Assembly: GCA_903920205.1 (NCBI GenBank)
Contig: CAIXLI010000110.1
Location: 1 to 61,065 of the forward strand
Source: an uncultured Pseudomonadota bacterium
GTDB taxonomy: Bacteria > Pseudomonadota > Alphaproteobacteria > UBA9219
DNA length: 61,065 nucleotides
Reading direction: 5' to 3'
Under the pieces are notes generated by a model. That model was not told the origin of the DNA. It searched no databases and saw only the letters and a list, made by a program, of their open reading frames with translations. Shown here piece by piece: positions 9,584 through 17,777 of this stretch (the first letter of the stretch is position 1; every line of letters begins with the position of its first letter). Position numbers and translations under genes: made by a program.

Positions 9584-11170
9584 TTATGCTTTGCGTTCCC
9601 GCGTCAAACTCCATGTCACGGCCGTGTCTCCGGCGTTGGTGAGGGAGGAGGTTTTGATTTGCAGGGTGCGGCGGGGGGGGCATGTGCCGCAGTAGATGCT
9701 AGGTTCGAGGGCTAGGGTGCCTTTTTCGAGGCGGAGCCTCCACCCGCTGCCGGATGGCGTGCGGAGGAGGGCTGTTTGGGCGTTTTGGGAGAGGGAGACT
9801 TGCACGCTGGGGTGCACATGCCAGCGCAAGGTGAATTCGCGGCCTTCGCGACCTTGGAGAATATCACGGCCTGAGAGGGTTTCTCCATCCTCGGAAAGGC
9901 GGAGGATGCGGTCATGCGTCAGGCCGAAGCGTGCGCGGTAGCCGTCATGCGCCATTTCAAGCCCGTGTGAGCCGCCTTCTTCGAAACGGTGGGCGGAGGT
10001 GCGCACGGTACCCGCTATGCCTCCATCGCTGTCAATGTCGCAGGCGTTGGTGTCTGACACGGTCAGTGTGGAATGCGCGGCGGTCGCGGCGCAGGCGGTG
10101 CGCCATTGGGCGTTGCCGTGGGGGACAGAGCCGCAATTGACGATGATCCTTTCGCGCCCAAAGCTGAATTCGAAGCTTAGTAAGCCTGCGTGGCCTTCGG
10201 TGCCATAGGCGCGGGGAGGGGGGGCAGAGGCGTCGGCAAGCAACAGGCTGCGACCCGCAATCAATCTTTCATATCCGGCTTCGGGCAAACGGCGCAGAAC
10301 GCGACCCCGCACGACGGCTTGGGTTAGCACCGCATCGATTAGGAGCGGCGTTTCTTCGATCGATCCGTGGAACAAGGCCAAGCCGCCGTCGCTGTGGCGG
10401 AAGAATTTTAGACCCGGGATCAGGGCTGCCAAGCCTGCGCCGATGGATTCCGGCATGCGGATATCAGCGAGTGCCAGGACATTACGGATATCGACCAAGT
10501 GGCGCAGAACATGAAGTTGCGTCGAGGGATTGCGCGAGATATGCCCTCCGTCCGGCAGAATTTCGGCTTCTATTTGTCGTTGCAGCAAATCGCAGGCGAG
10601 GCCCAACGCGTTATCGCCATCGGGGAAATTGAGGCCGCCGTAGATAAGTCCTCGTGCAGCTTGCACGGCTTCGACACCTTTCAGCGAGGGCGAAATCGTG
10701 CGCACAAGATGTTTCCATTGCCTGTGCAAACTTGCCGCCAGACGCGGCGTAAAATCAGGTGGGGCGGCGGAGGCGTAGAAATCATAGAAGCCGATCCATG
10801 CCGCAATTCTTGCGCCCAGATTTTCAGCCGTCCATTCGATATCGTCCCATCCGTCGAATTGTTGCAGCCATGTGTCGATCAAACGGACAGCCGTAGTGCG
10901 CGCGGCATCGGTGCCCACGGCGCGAAGGTTGCGAAGAGTCGGCGCGGCATGGCGCAAGGCCGTGCTTTCGGCGTCGCCGAACATGAACGACTGTTCCGCC
11001 ATCAAGGACTGTCCCGCTTGGGCATCTCCGGGCCAGGGATCGGCGGGGGTGAAGTGCAGACGTGTCGGCGCGTCACCCGAGGCAAGAATCTTTTGATAAA
11101 GCGCGTTGCCATAGGCGACGTTCTGAACGCCGCGCCGCACTTTACCGATAAGTTTTGTCGCCTTGGTCAT
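9584..11170 (-). CDS. Heparinase II/III family protein
   Basis: 'ILPDGGHISRNP', 'RHSDGGLALFHG', 'HAGLLSFE', 'RIIVNCG', 'TAAHSTL', 'HDGY'; typical alphaproteobacterial neighbour of rpe. Confidence 0.85.
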   Translation of the reverse strand: MTKATKLIGKVRRGVQNVAYGNALYQKILASGDAPTRLHFTPADPWPGDAQAGQSLMAEQSFMFGDAESTALRHAAPTLRNLRAVGTDAARTTAVRLIDTWLQQFDGWDDIEWTAENLGARIAAWIGFYDFYASAAPPDFTPRLAASLHRQWKHLVRTISPSLKGVEAVQAARGLIYGGLNFPDGDNALGLACDLLQRQIEAEILPDGGHISRNPSTQLHVLRHLVDIRNVLALADIRMPESIGAGLAALIPGLKFFRHSDGGLALFHGSIEETPLLIDAVLTQAVVRGRVLRRLPEAGYERLIAGRSLLLADASAPPPRAYGTEGHAGLLSFEFSFGRERIIVNCGSVPHGNAQWRTACAATAAHSTLTVSDTNACDIDSDGGIAGTVRTSAHRFEEGGSHGLEMAHDGYRARFGLTHDRILRLSEDGETLSGRDILQGREGREFTLRWHVHPSVQVSLSQNAQTALLRTPSGSGWRLRLEKGTLALEPSIYCGTCPPRRTLQIKTSSLTNAGDTAVTWSLTRERKA

Positions 11171-11186
11171 GAATTGTTCTCGTCAC

Positions 11187-11843
11187 TCATGAGGCTGAGC
11201 GCAACGCCGCTATGTTCGAGGCATAGGAAGTCGGTCCGCCCTTAAATCCGGCAGTGCCGGCAACCAAAACATCGGCTCCGGCGGCGATGGCCAGCTTTGC
11301 CGTGACGGGATCAATGCCCCCATCGACTTCGAGATCGATGTCTTTGCCTAGAGCGGTAATACGTTGCCGCAAGGCACGGATTTTATCGAGCTGCGAGGCG
11401 ATAAACGCTTGCCCGCCGAAGCCCGGATTGACGGTCATGACCAGAACCAGATCGATATCGCCCAGAAGGTTTTCGATGGATGACAAAGGCGTGGCGGGGT
11501 TCAGCGCAACACCCGCCTTTTTTCCCTGAGCCTTAATCAGTTGCAACGTGCGGTGAAGATGCGGGCCGGATTCGGGGTGGACGGTGATGATGTCGGCGCC
11601 GGCTTCGGCAAAATCGCGAATAAAACCGTCGACAGGCGCGATCATCAGGTGAACGTCGAAAATTTTGGCGCTATGGGGGCGCAATGCCTTCACGACGCCC
11701 GCGCCTATCGTCAGGTTCGGGACGAAGTGACCATCCATGATATCAATATGGATATAATCCGCCCCTGCGGCGTCGATGGCGCGGACTTCCTCGCCAAGCT
11801 TGGAAAAATCGGCGGAGAGGATAGATGGCGCAATGCGGATCAT
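11187..11843 (-). CDS. rpe: Ribulose-phosphate 3-epimerase
   Basis: '[10 protein letters not shown]', '[14 protein letters not shown]', 'DVHLM', '[10 protein letters not shown]', 'EVDGG'. Confidence 0.96.
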   Translation of the reverse strand: MIRIAPSILSADFSKLGEEVRAIDAAGADYIHIDIMDGHFVPNLTIGAGVVKALRPHSAKIFDVHLMIAPVDGFIRDFAEAGADIITVHPESGPHLHRTLQLIKAQGKKAGVALNPATPLSSIENLLGDIDLVLVMTVNPGFGGQAFIASQLDKIRALRQRITALGKDIDLEVDGGIDPVTAKLAIAAGADVLVAGTAGFKGGPTSYASNIAALRSAS

Positions 11844-11976
11844 GAGTTTCGCGTGTGTTAAGGGAACGACCTGTGAACATACCAAAATATGGGAAGGGAA
11901 TAAAGAAGGGGTTAAAATAATACAGGGCAGTTCAGATTGAACCGCTGTCAGACTCTTGCCTCGCAGACGCTCGGCG

Positions 11977-12004
11977 CTGGATTCCGGCTTTCTCCGGAAT
12001 AATG
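11977..12004 (-). repeat. Degenerate REP/RPE-like palindromic element
   Basis: Minus strand CATTATTCCGGAGAAAGCCGGAATCCAG, related to the element at 28324-28351. Confidence 0.6.
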
Positions 12005-12037
12005 TCTGTTTTCAATTGGTTGCGAGGCGTTCTTCCT

Positions 12038-12394
12038 TTATTCCTTCTCCATCACGCACTGCAAAGGATGCTGCGCCTGCCACGCTGAGGCCATGACTTG
12101 GGCGACTTTGGTTTCGGCGATTTCGAAAGTGTAGACGCCGCAGAGGCCTTTGCCGCTTTTGTGGACTTGCAGCATGATGGTCATGGCGTCTTCGTGGGAT
12201 TTGTTAAAATACACCTCAAGGATTTGGACGACGAAGTCCATGGGGGTGTAGTCGTCGTTAAGCAAAAGGACTTTGTACATCGCCGGTTTTTTCGTGGCGG
12301 GGCGCGTTTTAACGGCGACATCGCCTTGCGGCGTCAAGCCATCGGCCTCGTGGTCGGAATCCGCCGCGCTGCGAGGAGGGGTGTAGGAGTGCAT
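12038..12394 (-). CDS. clpS: ATP-dependent Clp protease adaptor
   Basis: '[17 protein letters not shown]', 'MLQVHKSG', 'EIAETKV', 'HPLQCVME'. Confidence 0.95.
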   Translation of the reverse strand: MHSYTPPRSAADSDHEADGLTPQGDVAVKTRPATKKPAMYKVLLLNDDYTPMDFVVQILEVYFNKSHEDAMTIMLQVHKSGKGLCGVYTFEIAETKVAQVMASAWQAQHPLQCVMEKE

Positions 12395-12401
12395 GGGCCG
12401 G

Positions 12402-12431
12402 ATTATAGCGCGGCGGGGACGGAAATTCCAA
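12402..12431 (-). promoter_or_regulatory. Sigma70-like promoter, probably giving a leaderless clpS mRNA
   Basis: TTGGAA-N18-TATAAT ending 7 nt before ATG 12394; no obvious SD. Confidence 0.45.
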
Positions 12432-12441
12432 TCCTCAAACA

Positions 12442-13512
12442 CTAACCTGCAAGGCCTAGCTTTGCGCGCATCGCGTCTTGGTAGAGCGACGAACGATGCC
12501 ATGCCGCTGCGTCAGTAATGATGTCTTGCAAGGAGCGCGAGGGACGCCAGCCAAGTATTTTTCCCGCTTTTACGCTGCTGGCGACCAGAATGGCGGGGTC
12601 GCCTTCGCGCCTTGGGGCAAAGCCTGCGGAGAAGTGCGGGCGGTCAAGCGCCTTGCGCGTCGCGCCGACGATGTCCGTGACCGAGAAACCCTTGCCGCTG
12701 CCAAGATTGAAAATGTCGGTCGCGCCGCCTTTGAGAAGGTAATTCAGGGCGCGTATATGCGCGTCGATAAGATCGAGAACATGAATGTAATCGCGGACGG
12801 CGGTGCCGTCCGGCGTCGGGTAATCGTCGCCATAGATGGTGAACCCTTTTCTGAGGCCCAAAGCTTCCACAAGGTCCGCAGGCGCGTCGATCAAGGGCAG
12901 AACCAAGCGCGGGATCAGATGCGATTCCGGCGCATGCGCCTCGCCTATCTGCGCTTCGACCGGCGCCGCGCCCGCGACGTTGAAATAGCGCAAGGTGACA
13001 GAACGCATGCCGTCTGCATCCAGCATGCGTAAATAGGCTTCGGCCTCCAGCTTGGATTGACCATAGGGATTGATGGGCTTGGTCGGGTACATTTCCGAGA
13101 TCGGGCCGTTGCCTCCTACCTCGCTGTAGACCGACGAGGTATCGCCATAGACCGCAGCCGTGCTGGAAAACACCGTTTTCTTGACGCCGCACGCGTTCAG
13201 CGTTTTGAAGAAGCGCGAGGCTTTGTCGCGGTTGTTCTCAATGTATTTGGCGGGATTCGTGACCGACTCGCCAACCTCGATAAAGGCCGCAAAATGCATC
13301 GCGGCGCGGGGCTGGTATTTTTCGCAGACGGTGCGCACAAAATCCACATCGCCCACATCGCCTTGTTCAAAAATACCGAACGAAGCCGCCCAAGCGTTGC
13401 CCGTCGAAAGATTGTCGATAACGACAGGCTCGAAGCCTTGCTGCTTCAGAACATAAGCCGCATGGCTGCCAATATAGCCGGCACCGCCGGAGATGAGGAT
13501 GGTAGGGGGCAT
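12442..13512 (-). CDS. galE: UDP-glucose 4-epimerase
   Basis: GGAGYIGSH, 'HFAA', 'SSTAAVYG', YGQSK, 'LRYFN', '[11 protein letters not shown]', 'RREGDP'. Confidence 0.93.
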   Translation of the reverse strand: MPPTILISGGAGYIGSHAAYVLKQQGFEPVVIDNLSTGNAWAASFGIFEQGDVGDVDFVRTVCEKYQPRAAMHFAAFIEVGESVTNPAKYIENNRDKASRFFKTLNACGVKKTVFSSTAAVYGDTSSVYSEVGGNGPISEMYPTKPINPYGQSKLEAEAYLRMLDADGMRSVTLRYFNVAGAAPVEAQIGEAHAPESHLIPRLVLPLIDAPADLVEALGLRKGFTIYGDDYPTPDGTAVRDYIHVLDLIDAHIRALNYLLKGGATDIFNLGSGKGFSVTDIVGATRKALDRPHFSAGFAPRREGDPAILVASSVKAGKILGWRPSRSLQDIITDAAAWHRSSLYQDAMRAKLGLAG

Positions 13513-13575
13513 GAAAAGTCCTGGTCGCTCTCAATAAATCCAACAACCTGCGTCTAAGCTTAACGCGAGCGCAAA

Positions 13576-14517
13576 CTAGATGTTCACAAAACCAAGCCAG
13601 CGCAGGATGGATTGCTGGATTATATCCTGCGTCGCCTTGTCCGTCCGGTAAACTTGGCAAACAACGCCTTCCGGACGTTCGATCAGCCGCCCGAACTCCG
13701 CCGAGGCTTCGTCGCGCACAAGCGCTAACCGCCTCTCGACAAAATGTTCGGGCATCTGCGCCGCTAGCATAACGCTTGGATCATGAAAACGGAAGATGGG
13801 GTCTGGGGCAAAATGACGACAATGGGCGATCATTAAATCCTGTGCCCATTTTGCTAGGGAAGTTGTTGGGCTCAGGGCTTCGATGGCGGGCAAAGCCATG
13901 TTGATCGGCCATGTCGCGTTTAACGGCACAAAACGCATCGGCAGGCCTAGCCGCATCACGGTATCGACCGCGAAAGGGTCGCTGGCGATGTTAAAATCGG
14001 CACCGGGCATTTCTGTCCAGAGGGAGTCGAGCTTACCCCCCAGCATCGTTACCCGCGCTATTGTGTCTTTTAGTGCTTCGCCCAGAGCTAGCGCCGTTGC
14101 CGCAAAGTTGCTTGCAGGGCCGATGATGAAATAATCGAGTGCGCCGTGTATGTGGGCAAGTTTTTGAAGCGCTAGAGCCATGTCTTGAGGGGACGAGGGG
14201 GGGGCGGCGGCGCGGGTGCTTGGCGGAAATTCAAGATTGCAGAGCCCGTTGCCCGAAGATTCTTGGCGCGGCACAACGACAGAATGATAAAGTTTGTGAT
14301 CGCGTTGCGGTTTTTCAAGCCCGACGAGCAGGGGGATATCGTCGCGCCCTACCAGAGAAAGAACGCGGGCTGTATTATCGGCAACCCCCGCCAGCGATGT
14401 GTTGCCATAGGACGCCACGACACCCGCCAACGGCAATCCCGCCAAAGCCGCAAGCCACAAGGTTATCGCATCATCGCGCCCTGTATCGCAGTCGATAATA
14501 AAGGGGCGCAACGACAT
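13576..14517 (-). CDS. Nucleoside hydrolase (IU-NH family)
   Basis: N-terminal DxDxGxDD (DCDTGRDD), 'GN', 'ADFN..SDP', 'HDP'. Confidence 0.88.
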   Translation of the reverse strand: MSLRPFIIDCDTGRDDAITLWLAALAGLPLAGVVASYGNTSLAGVADNTARVLSLVGRDDIPLLVGLEKPQRDHKLYHSVVVPRQESSGNGLCNLEFPPSTRAAAPPSSPQDMALALQKLAHIHGALDYFIIGPASNFAATALALGEALKDTIARVTMLGGKLDSLWTEMPGADFNIASDPFAVDTVMRLGLPMRFVPLNATWPINMALPAIEALSPTTSLAKWAQDLMIAHCRHFAPDPIFRFHDPSVMLAAQMPEHFVERRLALVRDEASAEFGRLIERPEGVVCQVYRTDKATQDIIQQSILRWLGFVNI

Positions 14518-14526
14518 GGGGTGAAC

Positions 14527-15750
14527 CTAGCGAGCAACAAGACGCAAATGCGGGGGATTGTTAACGCGATTCAGGATGTTGACCATAGGGGTGTCGGGAC
14601 AGACGTCCATCATTTCGGAAATGGTGGGACCCGGCGTGAAGCTTTTCAGGGGTAAAATTATGTCCGTTAATTCATGGACGCTCTTACAGAAATCAATGTT
14701 CGCTTGAATGACGCGTGATTTGAACTCTGTAACCGCATGAGCGGAAATTTTAAAATTCCTAGCGATTTCCTTATTCGATAACATGAAAGAAGGAAGGCGT
14801 CCAAAGCTGCCGTCTTTGTGTTTGACGACAAAGCCATCAAAGAAATGGTCGCGGGGCGTGACGACATCGACCAAGGCATTGGTATAATTGACGCCGACAA
14901 CCAGGGGGATTTCTTTTCCTTCGTGCCTGATTTTGGCGCGTTCTTCCGGCGTAGCTACAGAAAAACACGTGGCGATGCCGACCAAATCTCCTTCGTTAAA
15001 GACGCCGCCTTTTTCCATTTCCTTAAATATCCAAAGCAAGGTTTTGGCACGGCGAACATTGTCTTCAATGAGGATAATGGGAACCCTGTGCGGGTTGTTT
15101 CCACGCATTTTATGAAGTTTTTCTCTGACGTTGCTGATTTGTGCGTCGATTGCAACGTGTCCGGGTCTTCCGACAAAGCCCATTTCTTCTCCATCGTGAG
15201 AAAAGTGGCGGGAAAACCCAATCTCGCTGAATTCGCCCGTTGCTTCCGAGGCGAGGAACACATCCTTGTGAATCATGTCGTCGAGCGAAATAAATAAAGG
15301 CTTCTGTTGGTTGTCGGCACCCTTCTTGAGGAGGGCTTCCGCTTGACGAATAACGGCACTGGCCAACGAATCCGCGCTGTGAAAATGAATGTGGGTGCCG
15401 TGACTGGTCGGATGGGGGAGACTGTATTGTTCTTCGTAGGCTAGGTGGCTTGCTTGTGCGCTGACGATTTCATGCCCCCACTTTTCATAGGCTTTTTCCA
15501 GAATCGCAGTGAAATGTTCGAGCGTCAGGGAACTGTTCCGAAGAGAGGTACATTCCTGACTGCTAAGAGAAAAAAATTTTCTCAGGCCTTGCGTTGCAAA
15601 CCACGCATCGGTGCGAATGATTAAGGTAAGAAGGTTCTGTGGTGTTGATATACTCCCATTCCGAAAATGGGTATGGGTAATAATAGGAGACTCTTCGTGA
15701 CGAAAACGATCAACTTTGTGAATAGCAGGGGAGCGGAGGAGTGCTGACAT
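14527..15750 (-). CDS. Hypothetical protein, possible phosphoribosyltransferase fold
   Basis: 407-aa AT-richer ORF; 'PIILIEDNVRRAKTL' resembles the type I PRTase PRPP-binding loop. Confidence 0.5.
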   Translation of the reverse strand: MSALLRSPAIHKVDRFRHEESPIITHTHFRNGSISTPQNLLTLIIRTDAWFATQGLRKFFSLSSQECTSLRNSSLTLEHFTAILEKAYEKWGHEIVSAQASHLAYEEQYSLPHPTSHGTHIHFHSADSLASAVIRQAEALLKKGADNQQKPLFISLDDMIHKDVFLASEATGEFSEIGFSRHFSHDGEEMGFVGRPGHVAIDAQISNVREKLHKMRGNNPHRVPIILIEDNVRRAKTLLWIFKEMEKGGVFNEGDLVGIATCFSVATPEERAKIRHEGKEIPLVVGVNYTNALVDVVTPRDHFFDGFVVKHKDGSFGRLPSFMLSNKEIARNFKISAHAVTEFKSRVIQANIDFCKSVHELTDIILPLKSFTPGPTISEMMDVCPDTPMVNILNRVNNPPHLRLVAR

Positions 15751-16038
15751 AATGACGTCTCTTAAATGTTAAAAAAATAACAAAGGCGATAAGCTTGAAA
15801 ATCACGCGACGGACAAACCCCAAAGGCTCGACACAGGTGCTCGATCATCATTTTACCCATAAGAGAATCAATTACTGCTACCTGTGTAAGGGAAAAAACA
15901 TGAAAGTAAAAGGAATTTCATTTGGTTAATAAGCCTTAAGGAAATTGAGCGGTGATTAAGGCTATGGGGGGAAGGTGGGACTCCACGGCTTATGTCCATT
16001 CTCCTTGCGGAGGGATGTCTCCAGAAAGCCGAATGGCG

Positions 16039-16977
16039 TTACGCCTTCGGCTTCTTGACGACGTCCATCCTCCGTAGCGGCGGCATATAGAGCAGCAGGG
16101 CGGCGGCGACGTAGATGGAGGAGTAGGTTCCGACGAAGATGCCCCATGTCAGGGCGGCGGAGAAATTGATGAGGGTCTGGCCGCCCATAAAGACGAGGGG
16201 AAGCAAGGCCAGCAGGGTCGTTCCTGCTGTCATCGTCGTTCTGGACAGGGTTTGGTTAACGGAAGCGTTGATGATAGAGCGGAGATCGGTGGCTTTCTGA
16301 CGGCGAAGGGTCTCGCGGATGCGGTCGAAGACCACCACGGTATCGTTGATCGAATAGCCCGCCAGAGTCAGAAGCGCGGCCACCGCAGTCAGGTTAAAAT
16401 CAAGATGCAAAACAGAGTAAAGGCCGACGGTGACAAGAACATCGTGGAAGGTGGCGATCAGTGCCGCTAGGCCAAATTGCCATTCGAACCGCACAGCGAC
16501 ATAAAGCGCGATCGCCAGCATCGCAAGAACGGTAGCAAGAATACCCGCATGAAGCAGTTCGGTGCCGACTGTGGGGCCTACGACTTCGACGCGGCGATAT
16601 TCATAAGACGCGCCCAATTTGTCGCGCACGGATTGAATAGCTTTCATCTGCGCGGCTTCGTCGCCTGCTTGGCGCTGAATGCGGATAAGAACGTCGTCGG
16701 GCGCACCGAACTGCTGTAAGGCGACTTCGCCTAGATTAAGCGTGGCAAGGTCGCTGCGCAGGGCGGCATCGTCGACCGCTTGGGGCGCTTTGGCTTCGAT
16801 CAGGATGCCTCCCTTGAAATCGATGCCCAGATTCAGGCCATTGATGAACAACGAGGCGATTGTGATCAGCATGAGCAAAATCGTTACGCCAAACGCCCAC
16901 CAGCGTTTGGCGACGAAGTCTATGGTCGTATCGTTCGGGATGATGTGAATCGGGCGCAAAAACATAGGTCTAACCAC
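16039..16977 (-). CDS. secF: Protein translocase subunit SecF
   Basis: 'LNLGIDFKGG', 'VGPTVG.EL', 'HDV', 'GYSINDTVVVFDRIRE', 'TLSRT', 'GTYSSIYVA'. Confidence 0.95.
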   Translation of the reverse strand: MVRPMFLRPIHIIPNDTTIDFVAKRWWAFGVTILLMLITIASLFINGLNLGIDFKGGILIEAKAPQAVDDAALRSDLATLNLGEVALQQFGAPDDVLIRIQRQAGDEAAQMKAIQSVRDKLGASYEYRRVEVVGPTVGTELLHAGILATVLAMLAIALYVAVRFEWQFGLAALIATFHDVLVTVGLYSVLHLDFNLTAVAALLTLAGYSINDTVVVFDRIRETLRRQKATDLRSIINASVNQTLSRTTMTAGTTLLALLPLVFMGGQTLINFSAALTWGIFVGTYSSIYVAAALLLYMPPLRRMDVVKKPKA

Positions 16978-17034
16978 AAGAGAAAAGGGTTAGACGACAT
17001 AGCATTGATTGTCTGAATCCCGCAACCCTGTTCG

Positions 17035-17748
17035 TTAATGCGCAGCAACCGGAGGCGGCGGGGGCAGGGCGGCGAACACGACATGCGCGGTTAGGCCCAT
17101 TTTTTGCGCATGATCCTGCGTTTGCGCCGAATCGGGCGCTGCTGCCAAAGTGGCGTTTGCCAACATGGGGTTTTTGCCGAACATGCGGAAGGGGGGCGAT
17201 TCTTCCAGGTCGAAAGATATCTGGGCGATACGATACCCGCGCCCTGGCAAAGTCGCGTTCAGCGTCGCCAGTTGGTCTCCCGCGTCTTTCAGGATACGGG
17301 TGCGAAGGGCGGCCTTGGCTGCTTCCGTTTCGCCAAGCGTGGGGGCGAAGTCGAGCGCACCGACGGATATCTGCATTCCCGCTTTGCTGGTTTTCTTGAG
17401 TGTATCAGCAAGGCCGTTCAGCGTAGATTCGGGCAGTCTGGCGTCGAAAGCGACGCTCCAGCGTTCCATGCCTGTCTGATCTTGCGCACGCGTAAAGCCA
17501 GTCAGACGCCAATCGGCTTTGGCGGCGTCGTTCACGGCTTTGATCATATCGGCGCGTAGAGAACCGGCATTGGCGGCGGTGACAGCGGCTTCCACAGTCA
17601 AAACGACATGGGCTGTTTTTGTCACGACCCAATCTTCGGCGGACAGGGTGAACGAAACCGTGTCGTCAGGCCTGGGCGGTTCTTGTGCCAAAGCGGACGC
17701 GACAAAACAAAAAACAAAAAGAAAGCCAAGTAAGCTTCGAGAGATCAT
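17035..17748 (-). CDS. Exported SIMPL/DUF541-like protein
   Basis: Signal peptide (ALA-Q); alternating alpha/beta pattern resembling SIMPL; starts 30 bp after icmO. Confidence 0.55.
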   Translation of the reverse strand: MISRSLLGFLFVFCFVASALAQEPPRPDDTVSFTLSAEDWVVTKTAHVVLTVEAAVTAANAGSLRADMIKAVNDAAKADWRLTGFTRAQDQTGMERWSVAFDARLPESTLNGLADTLKKTSKAGMQISVGALDFAPTLGETEAAKAALRTRILKDAGDQLATLNATLPGRGYRIAQISFDLEESPPFRMFGKNPMLANATLAAAPDSAQTQDHAQKMGLTAHVVFAALPPPPPVAAH

Positions 17749-17777
17749 GGCAAATCCCCTATAAGAAAAATCAGTGT

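Noticed and set aside
15926-15939. TTAA-N6-TTAA as a CtrA box (also at 45218-45231 upstream of pgaA)
   Set aside because: Spacer is 6 rather than 7 nt and the context is AT-rich
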